From contig JBNKBE010000014.1 of assembly GCA_050287085.1 (NCBI GenBank), positions 32,001-96,000 of the forward strand: 64,000 nucleotides of DNA. The letters are read 5' to 3'. Shown here piece after piece: positions 1 through 10,144 of the stretch. The notes beneath the pieces were generated by a model. It had not been told where the DNA came from. It ran no database searches and saw nothing but the letters and a program-made list of their open reading frames with translations. The DNA comes from Polyangiaceae bacterium (GTDB lineage Bacteria; Myxococcota_A; Polyangia; Polyangiales; Polyangiaceae). How positions within the stretch are numbered: position 1 is the stretch's first letter; each line of letters starts with the position of its first letter. The position numbers and the translations under genes were made by a program.

Positions 1-154
1 GCAGGATGTCGCTGAACGTGCTGACGCCAATGCCGAGTTGCTCGAGGGTCTGGCGTTGCGACGCGCTGGCCTAAGGGCCGCTCGATCCATGACCTAGTTC
101 GACGATAGACGGGGTCTCCTGCGGGCACTAACCTAGTGGGACGTCCGACTCCCT

Positions 155-784
155 TTGCAACCCGGAACAGTGCTTGTGGATAGTGACCTTTCGGAAGCGC
201 TCGTAGCATTCAAGACGGCACTCAAGGCCCTCGAGCTGCCGGATACATTCGGTCGAGCGGATCCGGCCGTTCTCTCCAATCTCCAAGAGCGATTCGCGTT
301 GCCCCGACGCTATTTGGTGTTTCTGGCCGAGGCCGACCCGCGTCACGTCCAAACGCAAACACCGGCTGAACAGATCCAACTGCATCCAGCGCACGAGCTC
401 ATCGCGGAGCAACGCGGCTACTGCCTAGACGATGAGGGAAAGCTCATCAAACAACCAACTCGCACCGGCTGGCGACCAACTTGGTGGGTCATCGGCAATA
501 GTTGCCAGCTCGGGGATCCCTATTTTCTCGATACAAGCAAAACAGATGTCGAGGGGGACTGTCCGGTGTTCACCGCCATGAGCGGCGCGGACATTTGGCA
601 ACCACGCCTATGCGCCTCAGGCTTTGCGAGCTTTCTGGCCGTATTGGCCGCCACGATGGAGGTCGCAGCCGACTTTGATTTGGACGACTACGACCCCGAC
701 AACGAACAAGTGTTTCGCAGCGCCGTCCGCGATGCGGTCCGCGAAGTCGACCCTGCGGCGCACAAGAGTGGGCACTGGACTTGA
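155..784 (+). CDS. SMI1/KNR4 (SUKH)-like protein, possible immunity protein
   Basis: 209 aa ORF; LQERFALPRRYLVFL (LP..Y..FL), WWVIG...GDPYFLD, CPVF and ASGFASFL match the SUKH pattern; start codon uncertain (TTG). Confidence 0.6.
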   Translation: MQPGTVLVDSDLSEALVAFKTALKALELPDTFGRADPAVLSNLQERFALPRRYLVFLAEADPRHVQTQTPAEQIQLHPAHELIAEQRGYCLDDEGKLIKQPTRTGWRPTWWVIGNSCQLGDPYFLDTSKTDVEGDCPVFTAMSGADIWQPRLCASGFASFLAVLAATMEVAADFDLDDYDPDNEQVFRSAVRDAVREVDPAAHKSGHWT

Positions 785-1071
785 GCTAGAAACCCGGCTG
801 GAACAGCGTAGGACTCGAGTTTCCTAAGCCATTGTCGTCGTCGCGGTCGCTCGCCATGGCCGTGAAGCACGCGGCAACAAGTTTCCGTCCCTGCTTAAGT
901 TTCGAGCGTTGCCTCATCGTACTCGAGGCAGACGTGACCACTTCGACCTGTCACTTCACGGCATCCGGCCGTTTTTGCGTCCCCGCGCGCGCAGCTAGGC
1001 CCTAGTATCGTGGCTTCAGTCCAAACCCCCGCAAAGCCCTGCAGCCTCGCCTGCAAAACTCAATTCCAGCC

Positions 1072-4000
1072 ATGACCGAGACGATTCGTTCCGCATTCTT
1101 CCGCATTCTTCCTCGCCTCACGCCCCTGCTCCTACTCGCGGCAGCCGGATGCGCCGAGGAACGGGCGCCCATTGATCGCGTTCAGCCGAACGCGCTCGAA
1201 AAGAGCTTCTTCGTTGCTTCGCTCGAAACCGACAAAGACGATCCTGAGTTCTTCTCCAGGCAGTTTGTCGTCGACGGCACGGAATCAGAGTCGCTCATCG
1301 GGATCAGCTCGGCGAGTGGCGTCGAACGGATACGCTGGGAGATCACGGAAGACATGTTGTTCGCTCGCCGAGCCTACAGCGTGGGGGACGGAGCACACCG
1401 CGGCAACTCCGACAAGACGGACGGTTCCATCGTAGCAGCGTATCGCATCGAGAGCCATTTCGACATTCGTCACGCCTACAACTCCGCAACGGGAGAAGAG
1501 CTGAACGTCATGGAGGAGAACACCTCCGATCGCCCCTGGAGCAAACGAGAGTTCATGCGGGTGGACTGGTCCCAGAACCTGATCGAGTCCCCGGTTTGGC
1601 CCACCATGTTCTTTGGACAGGTTTTTGGCGACTTGAAGATCACGCCGGCGGTCTACGACGTATCCGATCCAGACGCGGAAGACGCGCCGCACTTCGATCC
1701 TGAAGAAGGCTATTTCGACATCACCTCGCATTTCTTGGTGGAGCCCGAGGCGGTGCGTTTCGGCGACTTTGAGCTTCCTCTATGCCTCTGGATCGGAGCA
1801 CTGACGGGGTCGGCTCTCTACTCTTGCGATCCCCAGGAAGCCATCGTGCGCTCCTCTTATTGGCGCGTTTCAGAGGCCGACCCGGACGACGACTACGAGC
1901 CGTTCGAAAACACCGAAGCGCCTGAGGACATCTTCGGCAATCCCGGCGGCATCGGTACCAGTGGAGGGGTGGGCATTGTCACCGCACCCCTCGAAGAATG
2001 GGACGAGGCTACGGGCTACACGGATGATGGTTTGACGCGCTTCGTCAATCGCCACAACCTTTGGACGCAGAACCACCAAACAACAGGGAGCTGCGAGCAA
2101 GACGCCGATTGCGGTGGCGGCGGCACCTGCCTCGACTCCGGGGTGTGTAGCGTCCCCTGCAACTACAAGGCTCGCGGCGACGCCAACAACAACGGCACCG
2201 ATGACCAATGTGAGAACGACGATACTGGCTATGACGGTTCCTTGGGCTCGCAGTGCAGCGCCCGCAACCGATGCACAATCCCGTATCGCGATCGTACGAT
2301 AAAGCCCCTCGCCTATACGTTCAACCGCGAGATGCCCGCGCATCTACAAGACACGCAGAAGAAGAACGGCAAGCGCGGCAAAGAGGGTGCCTCGGAACTA
2401 CTGCTGTCGACCTGGAACCAAGCACTGCAGGTAGCTGTTGCTCGAGCCCGGGAAGTCGAATGTCGTCGCACATCGAGCGACCCCAGCGCTCAAGAGACGC
2501 GCGCAACTTGCCACGCGCGATTCTTTGAAACAGACGGCGGAAACGACAAGATACAGATGGTTCGATACGGCGGCTGGGGCATCGAAACCCCCAAGACAAT
2601 GCCCGACGTTCTCGTGCCGTGTCACAATCCCGTCCGAGAATACGACGCGGAGGTCTGCGGAAAACCCGGAACCGTCGCGCGCATCGGCGATATCCGACGC
2701 CATTTCCTGATCTACTGGCCCTATGTGACCCGTTCGCCCTACGGCGGCATTGGCAATTGGCGCGCTGATCCTCTAACCGGTCAGATCATTGGGGCCGCGG
2801 CCACCACGATCGGCCGCAGCGCTACGCTTGCCGCGGGCGAAGTACGAGACATCATCATGGTGGCCCTTGGCTACCAGAGCTTGGACGACGTGCTCGAGGG
2901 GACGTCCGCAGCTCGCTACGAGCGTGTCTTGCGTGAAGGAATTGAGAAGGCGCCAATGGCGCCGACGGAACTAGCCAAGCGAGTCGCCAGCGTAAGTGGG
3001 TCGCAACTGACCGAGCTATCGGGTTTCGACCTGCGCGGGGTAACGTCGAAGGACCCGAGAGTGGCTCTGGCTGAAGTACGTGACACCTTGCAGACAACCC
3101 TGACGCAGGCGGCCCATGCTCAGCAGCAAGTAACTGCGCTCGCGGCTCCCCTGGTCGGAAGCTCGCTGGAGCTCGATATGGTCGACCCCGGCTGGCTCGT
3201 AGACTCCTTGGGAGTGGCCCCCGACTCTGAACTCACGTCGGCCATGGTGGCCCAGGCTTCGCCGCTACAAGGACAAGATCTCGGCAACCTAGCCCTCGCC
3301 GATCAACAATTGATGCGTGCTCTCGGAGCGCAGGGGATATGTCACTTGGACGCAGCAGCTTCCATTGGCAGTCCCGACATTCACGGCTTGGGTCGCTACT
3401 TCGCACAGAAGTATCCCGACCTCGGTGAGACCGAACTCGCTCAGGCCATCTACGACGACCTTTGGCGAGAGACGTACATGGGCATTCAGCTCCATGAATT
3501 GGGTCACTCCCTGGGCTTGTTGCACAACTTCACGTCGTCCTACGATTCGCTGAACTACAACCCTCAGTATTGGCAGCTGCGTAGCCACGATGGCGTCAGC
3601 ACCGAGAGCTGTAATGGACAGCCTCGGACTGGCAACACGGCCTCTGCCGGTAGCGATACCTGCATGGGACCACGCTATCTGGACCCCGAAACCGACGATG
3701 AATTGGGTCAAGGAGATGAGCCACGTCCTGGCATCAACTACTTCGGTCATACCTCGACCATGGAGTACCAGAACACACGCTTCTTCGAGTCGGTGGGCCT
3801 CGGACAATACGACGTAATGGCGATGGGTGCTCTGTACGGACAGGTGCTCCAAACCTTTGATCCCGAACTGTTCACCGAAGGCGTGCAGCAAAACTTCGAG
3901 CCGCTGCTGCGCACCCAACTCAGCGAGGATAATCTCGTTGCGACGACAACGGGCGGCTTGGAAGGTCGGCACTACACGACCCTCGCTCGCGACACCAAGC

Positions 4001-5550
4001 TGATCTCGGCTCAACGTTGTCGCAAGGCGACCTCCGAGGAAAGGGAGCTCGGAGAATGGCGCATCGTACACGGCAAGGTCTGCGCTCCTCCCAGCAAGGA
4101 CTTTGCGCATTGGGACGACTTCGTAGACACGTCGGAACCCAATGCCCCGCGCGCAAACAGCACGCGCAAACTACGCGTTCCGTCAGCGAGCAAGACTCCC
4201 GGCGCAGGCAACGTCCGTTGGCCCTACCGTTGGGGTGCCGATATCATGAACTCGTATCTGCACGTAAACCCCTTCGACAGCGGCGCTGACCAATACGAAG
4301 TCACGGTAGAAACCATCAAGAAGAACGACTTCAACTACCCGTTCATCTACTTCCGACGAGGTCGTCGTGAATGGACGGATCAACGGCTGCCAAGCTACAC
4401 GTCGAGGCTATTCTACGAGAGATTGCGCTCCTACCACTGGGGTACAACGTTCGTGAATACGTTCTACCAGGAGTTGCTCGACCAAGAGCCGCGCTTCAGC
4501 GCTGCCATCGCGGACATTCGCAACAGCGATGACGAGCTCCGACCGTCGCTGCTAGCGACAACCGAAATGCTGCAGGCGATCATGAAGACGTTCCTCTCGC
4601 CCGAACCTGGTGAGTATGGCCCCAACGAACTTGACGGCGCCTACGACATTTCCGGCTTCGGCAATGACGGCACGCTGTTCACTCTCGACGCGTCCGATGG
4701 CCGTTTCCTCGCGCCCGCATTCGACAGTACGCCTGCCAAGGGTGGTTCCTGGGAGTATAGCTCCTTCGTCCGGAGAGGCGGATTCCGCTTTGAGAAGGCC
4801 TTGGCAGGAAGGGCTCTCACCGACGGCCGCCCCGTATTCTTCTCCGTATCTCGAGACAACTACTTGGACAATCGGGGCATCTACATCAACTTCCGGAGCA
4901 GTGTTCCCAAGGCCGTCGATCGCTTGCTCGGTGGCGTATTGGGCGAGGACTGGGCCACGATCTCACCCTATGTCGAAGGCACAGCAGAGCCGGATGTCGC
5001 GATGCGCGATCTCACGGCAGACAAGCTAGAAGAGGCTCTACCGAGTAGCTACCGCGCACTATTTCCGAATATCGGCTACAGCCAGCAACTGCCGACGATG
5101 GTCTTCACGCAGCTATTTGGACGCCTCAATGGAGACATGACGCTGCAAAACAAGATGCGTGTCTGGGTTCAAGGCAGCGTGTCCGGGGAGCTCGATATCC
5201 CGGAGAACGAGCAGATTCGCTTCAGCGATCCCGACAGTGGCATCACCTACGTTGCCCGCCGCTTCGGTACTGAAACCCTCTACGGCAAGGTCGTGGACAC
5301 CGGAATCGCGTCACGCATGTTGGCGCGCGCCAACCAACTGCTGGCCAATGCCTACGAAGTCGAAGAGGACGACCAAGGTCAGGTATTCGACGAGTTCGGA
5401 CGCCCTGTGATCGTCCGTGACGAGAATGGAGCCTTCGTGCGTCGCGAAGCAGCGGACGCCTACAACAAGATGAGACGATACGTCGGCACCTTGGACGCCG
5501 CCGTTCAGGTGAGCACCATCTTTGGCCTCGGCCCCTTCAACTTCTTCTAG
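1072..5550 (+). CDS. Large secreted lipoprotein, zinc-dependent metalloprotease (metzincin-like)
   Basis: Lipobox LLLLAAAGC; HELGHSLGLLH at 3493-3525 with downstream TSTMEY Met-turn-like motif; Cys-rich internal modules. Confidence 0.8.
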   Translation: MTETIRSAFFRILPRLTPLLLLAAAGCAEERAPIDRVQPNALEKSFFVASLETDKDDPEFFSRQFVVDGTESESLIGISSASGVERIRWEITEDMLFARRAYSVGDGAHRGNSDKTDGSIVAAYRIESHFDIRHAYNSATGEELNVMEENTSDRPWSKREFMRVDWSQNLIESPVWPTMFFGQVFGDLKITPAVYDVSDPDAEDAPHFDPEEGYFDITSHFLVEPEAVRFGDFELPLCLWIGALTGSALYSCDPQEAIVRSSYWRVSEADPDDDYEPFENTEAPEDIFGNPGGIGTSGGVGIVTAPLEEWDEATGYTDDGLTRFVNRHNLWTQNHQTTGSCEQDADCGGGGTCLDSGVCSVPCNYKARGDANNNGTDDQCENDDTGYDGSLGSQCSARNRCTIPYRDRTIKPLAYTFNREMPAHLQDTQKKNGKRGKEGASELLLSTWNQALQVAVARAREVECRRTSSDPSAQETRATCHARFFETDGGNDKIQMVRYGGWGIETPKTMPDVLVPCHNPVREYDAEVCGKPGTVARIGDIRRHFLIYWPYVTRSPYGGIGNWRADPLTGQIIGAAATTIGRSATLAAGEVRDIIMVALGYQSLDDVLEGTSAARYERVLREGIEKAPMAPTELAKRVASVSGSQLTELSGFDLRGVTSKDPRVALAEVRDTLQTTLTQAAHAQQQVTALAAPLVGSSLELDMVDPGWLVDSLGVAPDSELTSAMVAQASPLQGQDLGNLALADQQLMRALGAQGICHLDAAASIGSPDIHGLGRYFAQKYPDLGETELAQAIYDDLWRETYMGIQLHELGHSLGLLHNFTSSYDSLNYNPQYWQLRSHDGVSTESCNGQPRTGNTASAGSDTCMGPRYLDPETDDELGQGDEPRPGINYFGHTSTMEYQNTRFFESVGLGQYDVMAMGALYGQVLQTFDPELFTEGVQQNFEPLLRTQLSEDNLVATTTGGLEGRHYTTLARDTKLISAQRCRKATSEERELGEWRIVHGKVCAPPSKDFAHWDDFVDTSEPNAPRANSTRKLRVPSASKTPGAGNVRWPYRWGADIMNSYLHVNPFDSGADQYEVTVETIKKNDFNYPFIYFRRGRREWTDQRLPSYTSRLFYERLRSYHWGTTFVNTFYQELLDQEPRFSAAIADIRNSDDELRPSLLATTEMLQAIMKTFLSPEPGEYGPNELDGAYDISGFGNDGTLFTLDASDGRFLAPAFDSTPAKGGSWEYSSFVRRGGFRFEKALAGRALTDGRPVFFSVSRDNYLDNRGIYINFRSSVPKAVDRLLGGVLGEDWATISPYVEGTAEPDVAMRDLTADKLEEALPSSYRALFPNIGYSQQLPTMVFTQLFGRLNGDMTLQNKMRVWVQGSVSGELDIPENEQIRFSDPDSGITYVARRFGTETLYGKVVDTGIASRMLARANQLLANAYEVEEDDQGQVFDEFGRPVIVRDENGAFVRREAADAYNKMRRYVGTLDAAVQVSTIFGLGPFNFF

Positions 5551-5564
5551 CCGCAAGCCCATTC

Positions 5565-5627
5565 GGCCATTGGCGTCCTGGGCGCCGATGGCCTTGGCCC
5601 AAGCATGATGCCTTCACGCTTGGGCCA
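5565..5627. terminator. Double hairpin between convergent genes
   Basis: ggccattggcgtc/ggcgccgatggcc (5565-5593, with G-U pairs) and perfect 10-bp tggcccaagc/gcttgggcca (5595-5627); no U-tract. Confidence 0.55.
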
Positions 5628-5634
5628 CGCTACG

Positions 5635-6603
5635 TCAGTCTGCGTCCGACGCTACTCTGAGCGCGCCGATGGCTATCAGTTCAACAAGGGCCTCGGCGGA
5701 GGAGGCGTCATCATGTGGACTGGCATCGAGAGCACCTCCGACGGTGCCTTGATTGATGGCCTCTTGAAGCAGATCCAGTTGCACGGGTGTCAGCCCCGAC
5801 AGGCGCGCTGAAACGGGGCGCGGGATCTGCAGCGGTGCGTCGAGAGCTGGTAGGCGCCCGAGAATGTGCGCCATTTCATCTCGCAGTCGAAACCCGTCCA
5901 TCAACAGTTCCTGGACCGATGCGTTCAGCGGCTCATCGACCGCCATGTCGCCCGGTGGGTCAAGTTCGAACACGCCAGACTCCCAGGCAAGCATGCGGTA
6001 GACAGCGCGACGCGGATCGATGGGTTCACTTGCGGGAACCGCAGTGCGGATAGTTGCGTGATAGACGATGCCCTGCTTGAGCCAGATCGATCCAACGCTG
6101 ACGCCGCTATCCACGAGCAACACGCCGTCCTTCTTGGACGTCCCGAAAAGCTGCAGCAAGTCAGGCAGCGGAATCTCATCCAGCTCTCCTGTCATCCGGA
6201 CTTCCTGCGAGACATCACCCTCGGGGCGTCGCACGCCGCGACGCATCTGCTGGGCAGGTTCTGGAACGGCCGAAGCGGACGGGCCGGGCTCCATCGGCGT
6301 TAGAGAGCCTCCGAGTGCCACAACGCGAAGGATATTGCTGCCGATCAGAATGCGATCACCCTCGCCGACCGTCGCCTGTCGGATACGTTCACCGTTGACG
6401 AAAGTTCCGTTAGTCGAGCCGAGATCTTCGATCTCCACCGCACTGCCGCGAAGGCATAAGCGCGCGTGGCGTCGGGACACCATTTCCTCGACGAGCACCA
6501 TATCGAGTTCACTCGATCGGCCAATGACGACTTCATGCCCTTCTTCCAGCGGGAACTCGCCCCCCTGGTACTTGCCTGAAATGAAACGCAACGCGAGGGT
6601 CAT
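5635..6603 (-). CDS. FHA domain + DUF4388 protein
   Basis: FHA motifs IGR, VSRRHA, DLGSTNGTFVNG; C-terminal GELDEIPLPDLLQL...KKDGVLLV...AWESGVFEL typical of DUF4388; ATG at 6603 chosen. Confidence 0.9.
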   Translation of the reverse strand: MTLALRFISGKYQGGEFPLEEGHEVVIGRSSELDMVLVEEMVSRRHARLCLRGSAVEIEDLGSTNGTFVNGERIRQATVGEGDRILIGSNILRVVALGGSLTPMEPGPSASAVPEPAQQMRRGVRRPEGDVSQEVRMTGELDEIPLPDLLQLFGTSKKDGVLLVDSGVSVGSIWLKQGIVYHATIRTAVPASEPIDPRRAVYRMLAWESGVFELDPPGDMAVDEPLNASVQELLMDGFRLRDEMAHILGRLPALDAPLQIPRPVSARLSGLTPVQLDLLQEAINQGTVGGALDASPHDDASSAEALVELIAIGALRVASDAD

Positions 6604-6852
6604 GGACTGCAAAGTACGGCAGCGGCGCCGCGAGGAATAAATCTAGGCAGCTACGTCACCGCCGGTCAAGCTGTGCGCGGCTCGAACGCTATCGACTTTG
6701 TATATCCCACCTTGTAGGAGGGGTTGAACTGTGCCGTTCTGCGGCCTGTAGGGCAGTCGTCTCACCGCACTCCCAGGCCCGCAGGTCAGCTCCCGGGGCC
6801 GGCAGGTGGTGCGCTCTCCGCTTCCGTCGCAATTGGCGGCTATGCTGCGCCC

Positions 6853-7923
6853 ATGGCGAGCGCCGCTCGGAGCCAACGGGGTCGCCCCCTTGGCAAGTTC
6901 ACACAACATCGTCGAATGGACCAGTTGCGGCAGCTCCTGACGCGACACCCGCGCGGACTGACACTCTATGAACTGGCCGAAACGCTGCGCGTGACGCCGC
7001 GAACCGCCCGCCGCTACCTCCGAGAGCTAGAGCGAGAATACGATCTTGCGCCGGGCGAAGAGCGCGCTGGTGGCGCGCTCCGGTGGAAGATCCGCGCAGG
7101 TGAGTTGCCTCGCAAGATCGAGCTTCGTCGCACCCAAGCTTACGCGCTCCTGGCGGCCCGCCGCATCTTCGCTCCCATGGAGGGTTCGGCGCTGCATTTC
7201 GAAATCGAGATGGCGGTAAACAAGCTCATGGGATTAGCCCAACGGCCGGGTCGAGGACCCAACGCGGGGCGCGCAGACGTCCGGCTGGAAGAACGCTTTC
7301 TATACCTTCCATTTGCGCCAAAAAACTACGCCGAGCGCACCGAGGAACTCGACGACCTATTCCAAGCAGTCTCGGATCTGCGACCGCTCTCGATGCGCTA
7401 CAAAAGTGCCGGCAAGAGCGTGGAGGAGAACATCACGGTTCATCCCTACGCCATGGTACTGCACCGCGATTCGATCTACTGCGTGGGCTACCACGTCGAG
7501 CGGGGAGAAATCCGAACCTTCGTGCTCGATCGCATGCGCGATACCCAAACGGCAGCAACCGAGCGGTTTGAACTGCCGGATACCTTCAACATCAACGACT
7601 ACTTCCAGGGTGAGTTCGGGATCTGGCGGGCGGACAAGAAGCAGCGTGTGGTGATCGACTTCGATGCCCACGCCGCACAATATGTTCGCATGCGGCAGGT
7701 GCATCCCTCTCAGCAGCTCTCGCCGCTTTCCGGCGGGCGCATTCGACTCTCGTTGGAGGTCGGTGACCTCACTCAACTGACGAGCTGGATTCTGGAATGG
7801 GGTCGACGAGCGCGGGTCGTTGAGCCCCCGGAACTAGTGCAGCGCATCCAAGACGAACTGCGAGGCGCCCTGGAGGGCTACGAAGGCGGGGCGACCAGCG
7901 CTCGAGGCAACAAAGGTAGCTGA
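6853..7923 (+). CDS. HTH-WYL-WCX transcriptional regulator (PafC/DriD-like)
   Basis: HTH LYELAETLRVTPRTARRYL; WYL core VHPYAMV...YCVGY...RTFVLDRM; WCX WILEWGRRARVVEPPEL. Confidence 0.9.
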   Translation: MASAARSQRGRPLGKFTQHRRMDQLRQLLTRHPRGLTLYELAETLRVTPRTARRYLRELEREYDLAPGEERAGGALRWKIRAGELPRKIELRRTQAYALLAARRIFAPMEGSALHFEIEMAVNKLMGLAQRPGRGPNAGRADVRLEERFLYLPFAPKNYAERTEELDDLFQAVSDLRPLSMRYKSAGKSVEENITVHPYAMVLHRDSIYCVGYHVERGEIRTFVLDRMRDTQTAATERFELPDTFNINDYFQGEFGIWRADKKQRVVIDFDAHAAQYVRMRQVHPSQQLSPLSGGRIRLSLEVGDLTQLTSWILEWGRRARVVEPPELVQRIQDELRGALEGYEGGATSARGNKGS

Positions 7924-8201
7924 AGCCACACACGGCCAGACCAAAGGCGGGCCCGGCTGACCGCTGCGCGCCCTTTGGCCCTGCAGATGATACAACGAGG
8001 GCAGCAGGCGGTTCACCGCGCCGCTTCTGGAGCACGTTCTAGGCGCTGGGCCGGCTCATCGCGGGTCTGGCGGCAGCCCTACGGGGTCGCTCCCCCGAGC
8101 GGTCCACCACACGGCTTAGGGCCCGACCACCGCAGCCCCACACTTTCGCGGAGGCCCCAAGCGGGTTTACCTGACTCCGAGAATCTCCTAGAACGCGCCC
8201 T

Positions 8202-10043
8202 ATGAGCGGAAACAAGCGCACGCCTCACCCCTGGCTATGGGTGCCCTCCAACTTCATCGCCATGGGCATCCCGTTCTCCATGGTGATCTGGGTTGCCGGC
8301 ACGATGTTTAAGGACCTCGGCCACAGCGACGGGGAGATCACGGTCGCGACAGCGAGTATCGGCGTTGCCTGGTCGCTCAAGCCCCTATGGGCTGGTTTCC
8401 TGGATATGTTCAAGACGAAGAAGTTCTTCGTCTTGTCGATGGAGTTCCTGATCGGCTTGTTGTTCTTGCTGATGGGGCTCGCTCTTCAGCTGGACAGCTA
8501 CTTCGCAGCGATCATCGGCATCATGTGGGTGGTTGCCTTTGCGTCCGCAACCCAAGACATCTGCTCCGACGGCATCTACATCTCGACGCTGAGCAAAGCT
8601 CAGCAAGCGAGCTATATCGGCGTGCAGGGTATGGCGTGGAACCTGGGCCGGGTAATCGCCGTCAGCGCGGTGGTCTGGTTTGCCGGGTACCTGCAAGACA
8701 CCGCGTGCATGAGCGCCAAAGTCGCCTGGATGAACGCGCTCTTCGCATCCGGCGCAATGATGGCCTTGTTTGGAGTCTACCACACCGCCATCCTCCCTAC
8801 GGGAAGCGTTCCCGAAGAGAAGCAGAGCCAAACGGCAAAACAGATCTTCGACGACTTCGTGACCAGCGCGGCTGACTTCTGCAACAAGCGCTCCCTCTGG
8901 GGCATGTTGGCCTTCGTCTTCTTCTACCGCAGCTCCGAAGGACTGCTCCTGCTTGAGGCGCCGCTGTTCATGCAGGGCTGCCTGGAGGACGGCGCACTGC
9001 AGCTGAGCCTTACAGACAAAGGCACGATCGACGGCGTCATCAGCACGCTCGTGAGCATTGCGGGCGGGCTTCTCGGCGGCGCTTTCATCGCCAAGTTCTC
9101 CCTCAAGCGCTCGCTCTTTGTCCTGGCGCTCTGCGTCAACGTGCCGAACTCGTGCTACGCGCTGCTGAGCTACCTGGTGACCCCGGACAACCCGCTGTCA
9201 TTCGACACCATTGCGACGGTTGTCAGCCTGGAGAAGTTCTTCTACGGCTTCGGCTTCGTCGGGAACATGCTGTACATGATGCAGCAGATTGCGCCCGGCA
9301 AGTTCAAGATGACCCACTACGCGTTCGCCACCGCGTTCATGAACCTGGTGCTCGTGCCCACCCAAATGGTTAGCGGTCCCTTGGCGGACATGATGGGGTT
9401 CAAGCCTTTCTTCTGGCTCGTACTGCTCGCGGCGCTTCCGTCGCTTATCGCTGCCTGGTTCGCTCCTTTTCCGCAGCTGGCTGCGCCCGACGAGGAGACC
9501 GCCGTTGACGATGAGAGTCTGCTCACGAGCGACGAGAAGCAGGCACAAGCCGCAGCTCGTCGAGCGACCATGTACGCGTTGCTCGCCACGGCTCTCTTCC
9601 TTCTCGTCGACGTATTGTTCCTCGGTTGGATGAGTGGCGCAGAACACGGCACCACGCTTTTGCTCTTCATGCTGCTGCTCTGCGCTACGACTTTCTTCAA
9701 GATTCTGTGGTCGCTCAAGGCGCTGCGGCTCGGCCGAGTTGCTACGTCCTTGATCCAAGGGCTTGCGGGTGGCAAAGCCTATATGAGCAACGCCAAGGGC
9801 GCCGTGGCGGGTGGGGGTATCATGCTGCTGGTCTCCGCACTGCTCGGGGGGCACGTCATCAAGACGGCCGCGAATACACACTGGGATTGCGCCTTCGCCG
9901 ACAATTCGACGCAGTGTCTGCAGCCCGACAAGGCCGAACCCAAGCAGTGCGCCAGCCCACCGCCAGCTCGAAGTAGCGTGTTGAAAGACTGGCTCGCGGG
10001 GGGTGAGGAAAAAGAGAGCAAACCCTGCGTGAAACCAGAGTAA
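8202..10043 (+). CDS. AmpG-like MFS transporter with C-terminal extension
   Basis: WSLKPLW and AFASATQDICSDGIY match AmpG-family motifs; about 12 TM segments plus extra hydrophobic helices. Confidence 0.8.
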   Translation: MSGNKRTPHPWLWVPSNFIAMGIPFSMVIWVAGTMFKDLGHSDGEITVATASIGVAWSLKPLWAGFLDMFKTKKFFVLSMEFLIGLLFLLMGLALQLDSYFAAIIGIMWVVAFASATQDICSDGIYISTLSKAQQASYIGVQGMAWNLGRVIAVSAVVWFAGYLQDTACMSAKVAWMNALFASGAMMALFGVYHTAILPTGSVPEEKQSQTAKQIFDDFVTSAADFCNKRSLWGMLAFVFFYRSSEGLLLLEAPLFMQGCLEDGALQLSLTDKGTIDGVISTLVSIAGGLLGGAFIAKFSLKRSLFVLALCVNVPNSCYALLSYLVTPDNPLSFDTIATVVSLEKFFYGFGFVGNMLYMMQQIAPGKFKMTHYAFATAFMNLVLVPTQMVSGPLADMMGFKPFFWLVLLAALPSLIAAWFAPFPQLAAPDEETAVDDESLLTSDEKQAQAAARRATMYALLATALFLLVDVLFLGWMSGAEHGTTLLLFMLLLCATTFFKILWSLKALRLGRVATSLIQGLAGGKAYMSNAKGAVAGGGIMLLVSALLGGHVIKTAANTHWDCAFADNSTQCLQPDKAEPKQCASPPPARSSVLKDWLAGGEEKESKPCVKPE

Positions 10044-10144
10044 ACCGGCAGCGTTTACCCAATCTGTGCCAGAGGAAACTCCCATGAACACGGTACGGGC
10101 CCCGAGTACTGTGAAGCGCCCCCGCTTTCCGCTAGATTGGCGGG

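Noticed and set aside
1..100. Possible end of a CDS entering from the left
   Set aside because: Short frames are open on both strands; strand and product cannot be supported
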